A stretch of DNA of 64,000 nt from Vicugna vicugna (Eukaryota), in NCBI GenBank assembly GCA_013265495.1, contig MU058337.1:64001-128000 (forward strand), read 5' to 3'. A program made the translations under genes and the position numbers. How positions within the stretch are numbered: the first letter of the stretch is position 1; the number at the start of each line of letters is the position of its first letter. Positions 1 to 12,157 of the stretch are shown here, one piece after another. A model generated the notes under the pieces. That model was not told where the DNA came from. It saw only the letters and a program-made list of their open reading frames with translations, and ran no database searches.

Positions 1-169
1 AGGTTATTTACAAACTATAATGCGAGCAATTAACAAGTATCAGTGCACCATTATGCAGTCCTGCTGATCTGAAGACCATCATCCGTTAGATGCGCATTTT
101 GCTACTGAGTCCTGGGCCCATAACTGGTTCTCCTTCCACCCACGCTCGCCGGGTCATCACCGTTCTTAC

Positions 170-240
170 CAGATGGAGCAGGGACCCTCCTGAGGACACG
201 GGCGCGTGGGGGTCGGCCCCTTCCTTCAGGAGTCGCAGCG
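170..240 (-). CDS. MYO16: MYO16 coding exon 3 (71 nt): (A)[23 protein letters not shown], start of the ankyrin-repeat region
   Basis: Lies within ORF 86..394. Acceptor ctctcgtttttccag|C at 241, donor CTG|gtaaga at 169. Phase-1 entry matches exon 2. Matches the MYO16 sequence as I recall it ([24 protein letters not shown]). Confidence 0.95.
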
Positions 241-2239
241 CTGGAAAAACGAGAGAGAGCGGAGTTACAGCACATCTCTCCTGCACACCCTGAACCCAGT
301 GGGGCCGCATTTCATTAGCACCTAAAACACAAGCAGCATCGAAGCAAAGAGGACACACTAATCGCCATCCGACCTCATTCTGTGGTTTTTTCAATTGACC
401 ACAGCATTCTCCTCACTCTGAAACTTCTTCCTCGGTTTCTCAGCATCATTACCCATCACAGCCATGCAAACTATTCAGAAAGGGCAACACAGCTGTAAAA
501 TCGACTGTTTCGAAGTGCTTGGCCTATGCATCCTTTGTAGAACAAATAAAGAAGAAGCAAGAAATGACTCCATTCAGCTCATGTATCCTTCAGTTCCCTG
601 AATTTTTATTTTTTTAAACTCCTTATGATCCATTGGTTTAAAACAATAGAAGTTTACACTTGGCACATTAAATTTCCCTTTGTGCAGTTACCCCTTGGCC
701 TGGCTCCCGCCATTCTCGAAAGGCCATTTATATCTAAATTAGTAACGTCAAGTAGATCAAAATACACGTCGCTTATCAGAATGAACACACAGTTGCAAAG
801 TGCCCCGTGTTTCCATTTGAAGGGCAGAGGTGACTGGCTAGGGCACGGAAGACCATCAGCACCAGGAGGCTGAGTCACAGTCTGTGCTACGTGCAGTGGA
901 CCCCAAGGCCAGCCTTACAGGGACGCCTGTCCCCTCCCCAGGACACTGTCCCAGTTCCCACTGTTAAGCAGTATCACAGCTTTAATAAAAAGCCATTCAT
1001 GCTTTTTCCACAAAAAAATACAACTCGAGCAACTCAAGTTACTCTATTCCGTTATAACACAGAGCTACACAACACGACTCAGATTCGAGCCTCATACCTC
1101 CCTGAGCCACTGTCTTTCCACTAACTCTCTCTGTCATCTGGAATGTTACCTGAATGCGTCTTCTTTTCTGCGTCACTCCAAATCTTTTATCTGTCCCAAC
1201 ATCTGCTTTGTCACTATCTTCCCCAACTCTAACTGCACATCACAGAGAGCAGACCGAGGTGCTCCTGCGCACTCCTCTCTCTGGGAAGGCCGTGTCCCGG
1301 GTGACGTGCGCAGTGGGTATGAAGGGCGAGGCAGGTCAGCCCCTCCGACGCCGGGCTAACGTGAGAGCAGAGACAACCCACAGCCAGCCCACGGTGTCCT
1401 CCGGACAGCCCTTCCTAAAATCGAAGCACCCTCCATCCGAGTCTCCCGCCTCAGGGAAGCCAAAAACACTGCTTTCCTCTCTGACCAACAGCAGCACTTG
1501 GCCCGGTCCCTTGATCTTGCAGCCCCTTCACTCCGGCCCCCTCCCAGAATGAACTCCCTACCTAGAAGCATGTCCACATCCACTCACTTATCAAATGGCT
1601 TTCCCTTGATGATACTCTTTCTTCAGCTCATAATTTAATTGTTTTCATAGCCTAGATTCTCCAAATGTGGGTAGTTTGTTACCAAAAAGAAAAAAAACAA
1701 CTTGTCAGAAGTGGTGACCTTATAGGATCGGTTGTAATTCGTATCACGCAGCTCACCGTTCGCTGACTCCGGCAGCTCCCTTGCCAGCCGTCAGGAGGCC
1801 TTTGCCTCTCTTGTCTTCTGAGTGATTTTAATAAGCATCCTGTTGCCTGGTCGTAGGCAGACTACTTCTCACTCTCCTTCTCTGCCTCTCTCTATACACA
1901 TGTGCAGTAAGTGAATGCACATTTGTTCCCCCACAGACTTTTTACCCTTAATTTTAAAATGTCTGTTCATGACAACAGAAGAGTTCAGTAACTACATTTA
2001 CCAATGGTTTTCTCAGAAGAAAAATCACACTGTTACCCTAAGATTGTTTTTTTTAGCAAATAAAAGTATTCATCCTGAACTAGCTAATATCTATCTGGTA
2101 CTTTGTATTCCTCACAGCAAAGAACTTGTACTAATAATGACTACAAATACAGCATCAGGCAGATTATATTAGTTAAAACATTAATAAAATGCTGTCATAT
2201 TTTTATATAGAATCCACTATGCACATGGGTGGTGATTTT

Positions 2240-2385
2240 GTAAATATTATAAATCTCTCTATGCCTTAGTTTTCCATCAGTAAAATAAAAGACTACTGTT
2301 GGACTCACATCACGACAGTATAATGAGAACTAAGTGAAACAATGCATAGCACACTAACCATGCCTCCCAGCACTGTGTGAGGATC
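2240..2385 (+). mobile_element. MIR SINE fragment
   Basis: ctctctatgccttagttttccatcagtaaaat...gagaactaagtgaaacaatgcat resembles the MIR core and 3' part. Confidence 0.6.
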
Positions 2386-2796
2386 ATGACATGATTTCTA
2401 TTAGAATAACTGTAAGTCATAAAAACCCATAGTAATATATCACAGAACATGTATCTTAAGGTTTAGTCTAAATTTTCTCAAAACTCTCTGATTATTAAAT
2501 GCTGAACTTAAATGTAGGACATAAGCAATGCAAATTTAGCAGTATTCATGGAAGGATGAGTGTACAATTTATCAGGCAGGAAGGGGGGATGAGGGGGACA
2601 ATGTAGGAGATGATGGAAGGGTGACAAGCAAGGGGGGGTGTGAAAAGTCCCTTAGGAGTGGAAGCTTGGGTATGACTTGGAGAAACATGTTGTGGGGGAT
2701 ATTTTACATCCCACTGCAGGATTTGGACATCATTCTGTGGCCAGTGAAGAGAATCACAGGATTTTAAGCAAAGGAGGAGAAGATTCATTAGATAAG

Positions 2797-3147
2797 TGCT
2801 ACGGGCTGCATGTTTGTGTATTCATATGTTGACGCCTAATCCCCAACGTGATGGTATCGGGAAGGGGGCCATTTGGCAGGTGATTAGGAGGTAATGAGGG
2901 TGATGCCCTCATGATGGGATTAGTGCCCTTATAAGAGGATGAAAAGACCAGAGCTCTCTCTCTGGCAGGTGAGGACACAAGGAGAAGATGGTCATCTATA
3001 AACCAGGAAGCTGGACACCACTAGGAGCCGAATCTGCTGGTGCCTCCCTCCTGGACTTCCCAGTCTTCAGAGCTGTGAGAAAGAAATGTTTTTTAAGCCA
3101 CCCAGTCTCTAGTCTATTTATTATAGCTGCGTGGGCCAACTAAGACA
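2797..3147 (+). mobile_element. MaLR solo LTR (MLT1A-like) with intact 5-bp target-site duplication (TSD)
   Basis: TG...CA termini and typical MLT1 text (gatgggattagtgcccttataaga; aagccacccagtct; ctaagaca). Flanked by ATAAG at 2792-2796 and 3148-3152. Confidence 0.9.
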
Positions 3148-3679
3148 ATAAGAGAGGGCAGCACAAAGGCTAGACAGGGTCTCTTGCTCACCCTTGTGGT
3201 TTAAATCCCAAATGAAGATTCAGGCTCAGGGGAGGGGGCGATTCACTGACATGAGGGCTCATGGCTCTGTGGCCATGAACATCCTTCTTGCTACATGAAA
3301 CAGACAAAGAAGCCCCAGCTCTTCCTTGATCTGGCTAGACATCAGCCTCAGGAGAAAAGAGGGGAGAAATTTGGCATTTTCCTTTCCTAGAGAAAAAGAC
3401 GGTTTTCTGAAGGGCTATTCACATTATCGGATAGAACTAGGTCAGAACCACAGACTGGATATGGGCTGGTTTGCCCCTGAATACGATGGGTGCAGAGCAA
3501 GAAGAAGACAAAATCAACTATTGATGAAATAAACAAACAACATGTTCTTCACATACACAAATTGCAGAGTGAGCTAAATTCAATGCCTCTGCTAAGGGTT
3601 AAAAGTTGGACATTGTAAGGTACCTAGACAGAAAGAGATAATGAAGAAAACATCACTTGCATAATAAGCACGCCCTGGG

Positions 3680-3900
3680 CACCTTTCTAAGTATGTAGGG
3701 TCTGATACTGCCCCAAAGACTTTAGCACAAGAGTTAATTTGATTCTCTCAACTCTATGATACAAATACTACAATTGCCACTGTTTTACTAGTAAGGAAAC
3801 TGAGGCCCACAGATAATGAGATGCCCCCAAGCCACACGGTGGGGTGGTGGACCTAGAACTAAGTGTGGTTGGTGTGACTCCAAGGATCGTGTTCTTAACC
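3680..3900 (-). mobile_element. MIR SINE fragment
   Basis: ttttactagtaaggaaactgaggcccacaga...gactccaagg...ttcttaacc is the reverse of the MIR core. Confidence 0.65.
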
Positions 3901-5439
3901 CCGAGGAGCATCTTTACCTCTCGTGTCACCAGAGAGCTGAAGGTGACCCTTCAACCCAGGAACAACAATGGGGCATAAAGACCGAGTTAATGCCCACATA
4001 ATTACTAATTCTGTGGGAAACTCCAAATTTAGGTTGAAATACTTTCTCCAAAAAGTTAGGGGTTGAAAGCAGCTTTGCAACGACGCGGTTGGAGCTGACA
4101 GTCAAGTGAAATGGCCCACGACTCCGAGTCGCTCTGTTACAATGAAATCTGCAAGGAGGCAGCCTCAGGAAGAACAGCCATCTGGGGACCAGACAGAATA
4201 ATGATGCTTCCTTTTGTAGACTTACTGCTTGGAATTGATTCAGCATTTATCGTGTATCTGTGGCTTCATCATCAAGCTGCCACAGAACTCCATCGAAATG
4301 TCTGTGCGGGGGGCATGACTTGATATTTAAAAAGAAACATTCACTCTCTAAATCTTCAGCTATTGGGGTAAAAATGGATGGAAGTACAGCATAACATTTT
4401 CCCCAGGAGCTTCAGTGGAATCTGCAGCTGTCTCCACTAAACTCCCCAGCATCACCAGCCATAATCAAACCCAGCGGGTCCACCCGATCATTATTTTAAG
4501 TCTCTAGACATGACAGTGATTTATCTGTGTTGATGACATACAGAACATTGATGATCATCACTTGACAGCAACTTGATGACAGTAAGTACTTTGGGGTCAT
4601 AGGAGCTGGGGTGGACGTCTGACCACACGGCAGTCTATGACTACTCTCACCTGATTCTCATAACAGTGCATGTGTACTCACAAAAATTTTATGCTTAAAA
4701 TCAGCAGAGGACAGGAAGAGAGAAACAAGACATAACTATGACTTCTACATTTGGTCCTAGTTAGAAGCCCTGCAAAAGGCATTTTCTAGGAAGAGAAGAA
4801 CAAATCACATGGTAAAACAGTAGCAAATAGCCAACCTGGTTGAAGGATATATGGGAGTTCTTTGCACAATTTGTAAGTTAAATTTGATTTCTAAATAAAA
4901 GGTTACAGTGAATAGCAACAAGAAAAGAGGGCAGTGTCATTTTTTTTTCCTGCAATGACAACAGAACCATTAATGTCAGGACTTCTAAAAATGTAGGTGT
5001 GAGAACGTCCATTAACAATTGATAATCCTCTAGGAAACGCCTTACAAAGTTTACCCGAGCTCATCAGTATGTCAACAAAGAAGGGACAGAGAACGCAGGA
5101 ATATAGAAATGACATTATCAACACCACAGAAAGGCCTATTTGCTCAGAACACTAATTAATATACAGATTTCCTGTCCTACAGAGAACTGAAATTTTAGGC
5201 TACCTGAGAATGACTTGAGGATGCCTTTTTTAAATAGCTTTTCCGGATTCAGGCCTTCCTCACCTACTTTACATTCTCCTCCTCCCCGCACAAGCCCCAC
5301 CATGAAACTGTAGCGCCACAGACACGCCGTACGTCTGCTGTGCCCTCTGTCCCCATGAAGGGCAGCTGACCCTTGTTACACCTAAGATTTTTCTTCCCCA
5401 CCAACCACCTCTCCATCCCTAGGGACTATTTCTCCCCAC

Positions 5440-5995
5440 TTTGGAATGACACCCCAGTCCCAATTTCAGTTACCCTTACTCAGTAGTTTGGGGATGGAAT
5501 CTAAAACTGGGCATTTTAAAGGAACACTCCAGGAGATCCTGGTGCAAATGTTTTGGAAAGATATTTTGGAAACAAAGCTGCTAGGATTTTACATTCCCAG
5601 AAAGTTACCTCCCAATGCCTCACTGGGAGCAATGGAGCTAATAAGCAGAAAAGCGAGCGCTTCACAGCAGTCCCTTTCTCACCAACTTGCCATTGAAAAC
5701 GTGGCCCCTACTGTTGTGTGTGCCATACTATCCTCAGGACATGTGGCTTATTCTCAGTACATACACGTTTAGCCAAAACTCTCTGATGTAACCTTGGAAG
5801 AGGAGAGGGTCAAGGTCTTCATGGATGAGGGGCCTCAGGTCAGGACAGAGCCTGCGCCTGGGGCAATGGTCCTCAACCCTCACTGTGCATTAGAATGGTC
5901 GGCAGAATTTAAAAAGATACAAATGCCCAGGTTCTACCACCAAATTCTTAAATTCACTTGGTCAAGGATATGCCCACCTACCTATATGTTTTTCA
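5440..5995. mobile_element. Two MER5-like (hAT-Charlie) DNA transposon fragments (about 5440-5575 and 5863-5995)
   Basis: tggtcctcaaccctcactgtgcattagaat...aaatgcccagg and ctcagtagtttggggatggaatctaaaactgggcatttt resemble MER5A/B. Confidence 0.55.
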
Positions 5996-6024
5996 AGTTA
6001 AGGCACCTCAGTGATTATAATCCT

Positions 6025-6675
6025 GGGAAATTGGAGCCCTCGTATATTGCAGGTGGGGATGAAAAAATGGTCCAGTGACTGTGGAGAAACGTTTAAGCAT
6101 TCTTCAAAATGTTAAACATGAACAACTATATTAGCTGGCAAACCCACTCTTAGATATAAGCCTCAAAGAACTGAAAACAGATACTCAAATAAATACTTGC
6201 TCACAAATGTGCATAGCAGCACTATTGATAACAGCCAAAAGGTGAAAAAACCCAAATGTCCAGCAACTGACTGATCGATGGATAAACAAAGTGAGTATAT
6301 CTACACAATGGAATACTATTTTAGTCCTTAAAAAGGAAAGGAGTATGTGCTACGACATAAATGAAAATTAAAACACACTATGCTAAGTGAGGGAAGCCAG
6401 ATACAATTAAACTCTGTAGTGTGTGATTTCACTTATATGAAACACCAAGAATAGAGAAATCTGTACAGATGGAAAGCAGATCGGTGGTTGTGTCAGGGGC
6501 TGGGGAGAGGGGGAAATGGAGAGTGACAGCCTAATGGGGAGGGGGTTTCCAACTGGGGCGATGAAATGTCCTGAAACTGAATAGCGGTGATGGACCTACA
6601 ACACTGTGAATGTGCTAAATGCCACTGAATAAATGGAAAGTTTTACTGTAGATGGATTTTATCACAATGAAAAGT
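6025..6675 (+). mobile_element. Old L1 (L1MB/L1ME-type) 3' end
   Basis: ORF2-end/3'UTR motifs: gcagcactatt...aaatgtcca...ggataaacaaa...tacacaatggaatactat...atgctaagtga...gtggttg...ggggctgggg. Confidence 0.85.
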
Positions 6676-7394
6676 TACAGTCCTCCTACAGTGATGCTCT
6701 TAAACTTTATAACCTTCTTAAATGATATATGCTTTACTACAACTATGTTTTATAAAACTATATATACGGAAAATCTAATGTCAAACACTTTTACTCGCAT
6801 AAACCCTGTTTGGGTTTTCCCAAAATTCTGAGGCAGGAAGGGGAACAATTTGGAAGGATAACTAAACCTTATCTGTATAATATTCATTTGGAAATTTTTC
6901 CCCCAATGTGCTGAAATATGTATGTTTAGCCCCAGGAATGAGTAGTGACAGTCATTCTGAATTCATAGGTATAGTTTCTGGTCACTTACAATGACTCAGT
7001 AGAGCCACTTAGGGCCTGTCAGCAACCTGGACACCAGTCTCTGTAGTTTCCAACTCAGCATTCAATAAGCCACATGCTCTTGGTTGTTACTCGAACCTAG
7101 AATTTCCCAGGTTCCTATTTCAACCCCTTTCATTCTATTGGAGTCTCACTAATCAGTACATTTTTCTTTTTTATACTCAGACATATGCCCCATTAAGCAT
7201 TCATAACTGTTGTTTCCAGAGAAGCTCATGTAGAAAAATACATAGCATGTCACACACTAAAGAAGAGAGATAAATGCTGCCTCTTAGGAAATTATCATTT
7301 CCAATTTCAGTACTTGCCAGAGGCTTCAGCATTCAACAAAATTTAGTGAGCCCGTCCCTTCCCAGGGTGCTCATGACCATAGAGGCTGCCAGAA

Positions 7395-7467
7395 AAATCT
7401 ATCAGTGTAGAAAAACATATCTATCACCTCTCTAAATCTATCAGTGTAGAAAAGTGTGTCTATCACT
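7395..7467. repeat. Local tandem duplication, unit about 39 bp
   Basis: aaatctatcagtgtagaaaa...ctatcac occurs twice in tandem. Confidence 0.8.
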
Positions 7468-8171
7468 GCACGACAAAAGCAAAATCAACAGCAGTTCATG
7501 TCTTTGCATGTTGCACACTTTATTTTAATTAGCCAGTTTCAATCTGAGTCATAAACACTTTTTAAAATCCAATATTACATGCACAGGCTAAGTTAAACGC
7601 AGATGAATACCAAATGCCTCCGTTAGTCTCCAAAGCGCTGAGGTTACTTCTGTTTCATGAAAAATCCAGAAAATTCAAGGCATGCCTGATGAATAGCATT
7701 CCTTAAAGAGGAGGTACTAAAGAGAAATCTGCTCCTGGTACCCAAGTCTGATTTAGTTTAAATCTACACTGAGTACTTATGTTTGTTTCATGATGTTCTT
7801 TCTTTAAAAATCCATTATTAAATGTGAGGAGAAAATCAAAAAAGGCAGAGGAAGGGGTAAAATGAGTCAGGCTTCAGGGATATTTCAAAATGTTGTCATT
7901 GAAAGCAGTGACTCTCAACTTTGCTTTTGAATCTGAAAGGGGCACTTCCTGTGTTGTCAACTAGTCAACCTCTAAATTGAGGTCTCCTCCTATGCAGAGT
8001 GTGCTTTCCTGAAAGTTCAGAAATGTGAGCATGGTAAAAGCCTTGGCTGGTTTTCTAGCCAATTTACGTTCATCAAATATGTAACCAACTATTAGAGCAG
8101 ACTGCAAAAGTCACCTCTCTTCAAACTGAAAACAAAATTGACTTAGCTAGATATTGGAATGGCTAAGAAAG

Positions 8172-8872
8172 TGTCAAGGATTACCAAAAAAATACATCCT
8201 CCATCCCGTGGAGTCAAGATGAAAGCAATCCTTATAAAATAGACAGTAAGCAAAATCCCAAACGACACATGGTTTGTGCTGAAGTGGTAGGAAAGGGGAC
8301 AGGACACACCCACTGAACGAGTGACACAGCAGCCAAGGACGGGACAAACTGGCTGGAACCAAGATGGCAGAAGATTCGTCTGCCAGTAGACCTTGAGCCT
8401 CATGGCTCACCCACAGGCGCCATGACAGTCCCTAGGCTGACCATACAAGGTCAAAAAGTGGGTGGGGGTGGCATTTCCTGGAAATCCTCACCCTTTCCCA
8501 AAGTAGTTGGAATAATCCTCCTACTCATTAGCGTATAAAATTACCAAGCCCATAAAACCTAACAACTCTGCCCCTCGTGGTCGCTCCCTCTCTTGCCTTC
8601 TGAGACAGCCCGCACTCTGTCTATGGCATGCGTATCTGCTTTTACTTTGGACTACACACCCTACGCCCCTCAGCCTCTCTCCCTCTCACCTTCCTGAGAC
8701 GGCCCACGCTCTGCCCGTGGGGTGTGCGTCTCCTAAGCCGCTTTCCCTTCTGAATGAGGCAGACTGCACTCTGTCTATGGAGCGTGCATCTCCCCAAATA
8801 AACTTACTTTCACTTTCCCATGTCTTGCTCTTGAATTCCTTCCTGTGTGAGGCAACCTATTCTCCTCCAACG
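8172..8872 (+). mobile_element. ERV1 solo LTR, MER41-like
   Basis: Starts TGTCA. Contains cgccatgacagt...ggtcaaaaag...ttcctggaa...cctttccc...gaataatcc...tagc, ctctgtctatggag, and aataaacttactttcacttt...tgaattccttcctgtgtga, in the order I recall for MER41. Confidence 0.75.
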
Positions 8873-10404
8873 TTAATTATCTTTCCGCATTAAAACTAAT
8901 CAAAATCTACAATTACAATAAGAATCATAATTTTACAAACCGAAGAGAATGTTAATTCAGGACATACAAAAATGCTTGGTTACTTCAAGCACGGCAATGA
9001 CGTAATGACTGGGGCCCCCAGTTTTCATACTTATTCAGAATGCACCTTTTGGGGCTGCCATACTATCTGTTAAATGGCATTTCCTTTTAAAAACAAAAGA
9101 ATTCCAGTAAAAGTTTTAAACCTTTTCAGAAATACTGTATATTGCAAATACTCATTTGTTAGGAACACAAAGGTGGGATGAGCTGACATTTGGCCTCACT
9201 GATGCTGTTGTGTTACCCAAAATGCTCCCATTATGAACTATTGTTAGGCAAATTGTTATGTAAATCTAAGCTGCACTGCCAACTTTGAGACAGAAATTTA
9301 AATTAAAAAAGGTTAAATAGCATTCGTTCTATTTTAGGAAGACTTCGCCCTTCCCAGAAGGGAATCAGTTAAACACCTAACTATATTTGTGTCTTTTTTT
9401 TACATTTAACTGCACTTGATTAAGACCATGGAATGAAATAAAAGTCGCTGTGATTTTCAATGTTCTTTTGTCCCACAGCATCCCCATCACATGGGTGGCT
9501 ATGCAGAGGCAACACTGGGTACCACAGGACCTGGAGAAACTCACAAAAATACAAAGGTGGAGGAAAGCTGTGCTTTGAAAAAGACCTGTAAGAAAATCTA
9601 AAAAAAACTTTCTCCCATTTTATTACCTTAAGTCATCCAAAAATGCTGCTACAAAATGATTTTTTTCAAATTATCCCATTATTCAGCCTTATGTGTTTAA
9701 TAATTCCATCTCATCTTTTTTCTCAGACTATAAACTGTCTATGATACATTTAGTTCTAACAAGCACCACTTTATGATTATTTAAACAGTGTCCAGAATTT
9801 TGGTCTGACACATATATTGTTCATCACTACTACAAATTTTTGTCTACTGGATTTAAACCTTAGCTCCCAAGGTTGTAAGAAGCTTCCTTTTTGCACTAGA
9901 CTACAACTCTGCACTTTCAAATCATCAAAAATTTTTCTAGATTACTATCACATACCCAAGGTTAGGATAAAGGAATTTATAATAAAAATATATAATAACA
10001 TTTCTATGTGTGTAATAAGAAACAGTTAAGCCCCAACTAAGAAAAAGATAAGTTTTTTATCAGATCAAAAAGACTCAGCAAGTTTGAAACATTTAACACA
10101 CAGGAAGCTTTAGTCTAGAGTACAGCCGACAGTGAAGATGGGCAGCTAGCCTGAAAAATATGGGATTAAAGAGTGAGTTAAAGCAGATGAGTGACATCCT
10201 TGCAGAATTAAGGGACTGAGGTGACATCAGAGAGGCAATGGGATATAAAGATAGAGGAAATGAAAAATGGCACCGCAGTTTGAGCCAAGTGATGGAATTA
10301 CCAGGTGACACCGGAGAAGGTGAAGAAACGGATGTCCCATCAGCAGGCCCAACCAGAAATGACAACAGACAGTGATGAAAGAACATATCAAGATAAAGCC
10401 ACCT

Positions 10405-10562
10405 GGGGGGAGGGTGTAGCTCAGTGGTAGAGTGTGCGCTTAGCACACACGAGGTCCTGGGTTCAATCCCCAGTGTGTCCATCAAAAAATAAATATATAA
10501 ATAAATAAAAATAAATAAACCTAATTAGCCCCCCAAAAAAACCAAAAATTTTTTTTTTTTAA
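10405..10562 (+). mobile_element. tRNA-derived SINE (Tylopoda Vic-1 type), full length
   Basis: GGGGAGGGTGTAGCTCAGTGGTAGAG (A box)...GGTTCAATCCCC (B box), AT-rich tail with aaacctaatta-ccccc. TSD aagataaagccacct (10390-10404) / aagataaagcctctt (10563-10577). Confidence 0.9.
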
Positions 10563-11521
10563 AAGATAAAGCCTCTTGCACCGAAAAGCCCAGACACACG
10601 TGGCATTTTGCAGCATGATTATGTGCATGTGAGCTGAGTGTGTGTGTGAAAGACCGGTATTTTCTGCCAATATGATTATTTTAATTTCACTGATTACAAT
10701 CAACCCTGATTACCAGTGCAATCGGTTCAAGTAGTTTAATTAAAAAATCGTCTTAATTATGTAGAATAAAATTTATGGAACATATGTAGGAAAAATGTAT
10801 GTTGAACAAAAGGTGATTGTCTTATTTAACAGATATGCTAATTGGTTCAGTATATATTTCATATGCTGAGGTGGTTCTTGACATCCATGTATAATATTCT
10901 AGTCTTATCTAATGTGCCTATTCTTTAAAATGTTTTTAATTTTTTTTCTTTTCCCTCCCAAGGGAGCTTTTGTTTAATCATCTAACTTGATACACAAAGA
11001 GTATTTTCTAGTTCTTATCTTCTGTATAATAAAGACACAAACAAGTGAAAAAGTAGCCCAGGATCGAGACTGAAAGAACTACTTAGTTACAGTATATTTG
11101 TAAACAAGAATATAATCCACAGCATGGATGAAAGTTAGCTTGGGTATATTTCTAAATTCTCTGCCATGAACTGAGTTAACTGTCCAGTTTTAACGTTTTC
11201 AAATTACATATCACTGCTAAAATAAGAAAGAAAACTTTATGCAGTGAAGAGCGTGATTTTGCACATCGGGGTGACATCCATCACCAGCAGGCCTTCCCTT
11301 CAGAGCCGACTCTGTGAACGTTTTATAGTAAGAGTTCAAATGCTGTGTGAACTGTAGTTAATTTGCTTAACTCTGACAGGTCCTTTTAAAACTACTTAGC
11401 AGTCAAGGTTATTTAATATAAAATAAATTTAAGAAAGTTCATATTAAAGAGAAGGTTTAGATTAATGAAACAATTTTTGAATTAATCTCTTTAGGGATGT
11501 GGAGTTCAAATGATCGAGAGG

Positions 11522-11523
<2 letters not shown>

Positions 11524-11575
<52 letters not shown>
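11524..11575. repeat. (GT)26 microsatellite
   Basis: Perfect GT run. Confidence 0.97.
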
Positions 11576-11579
<4 letters not shown>

Positions 11580-11651
11580 AAGATGGAGAGAGAACCACAA
11601 ATAGAGGTCTTTATGAACAGGCTCCAGTCATGGAGAAGACACAGCAATATG

Positions 11652-12157
11652 AGTGGGAGGTGCCCTCCGGGTGCCCCCTGTCACCCCTGCCCCTGGTGTT
11701 CACATTCTTTTATGACTCTTCCCCCGTGAGTGTGGCCGACACCTGGGACGACTTCCAACCAACAGAACACGGCAAAGTGCCAGGACGTCAGTTCTGCGTC
11801 TCAGTCTGGACAACAGGCTCATTCCAGAGGCTCAGTTTCCATCTGGCTTTTTAACGAACTGAGCTGGGAGGCTACGTGGCCAGAAGCTAAGACTGGGTTC
11901 TGGCACCTGAGACAGCCCACAAGAAGCCAGCGCTCTCAGTCCCAACCCACAAAGAACTGGACCCTCACACGTGGGTTCTCCTCCAGTCACGTCTCCAAAA
12001 TGAGAACCACCCTCGCCTTGACTGCAGCCTCCTGAGGTCCTAAGTAGAAGACTGAGTGACTCCGTAGCCTGATCCACAAAACTGAAAGATGATAAATGTG
12101 TGCTTTAAGGTGCTAAGGTTGGGCCAATTTGTTACAGAGCAATAGAAAACTAATAAA
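11652..12157 (+). mobile_element. MaLR LTR (MLT1E/F-like)
   Basis: gtgagtgtggc...gacttccaaccaacagaacacggcaaagtg...ttgactgcagcctcctgag...gataaatgtgtgctttaag...ttgttacagagcaatagaaaactaata. Confidence 0.8.

Noticed and set aside
86..394. ORF taken as a standalone 102-aa protein
   Set aside because: Only 170-240 is bounded by splice sites and matches MYO16. The rest is intron.
10405..10480. tRNA gene-like sequence with A and B boxes
   Set aside because: It has an AT-rich tail and a TSD, and related copies occur at 14817 and 44505. It is a tRNA-derived SINE, not a tRNA gene.
11462..11854. ORFs with CV/TH dipeptide runs
   Set aside because: Translation of the (GT)n microsatellite and the MaLR LTR.
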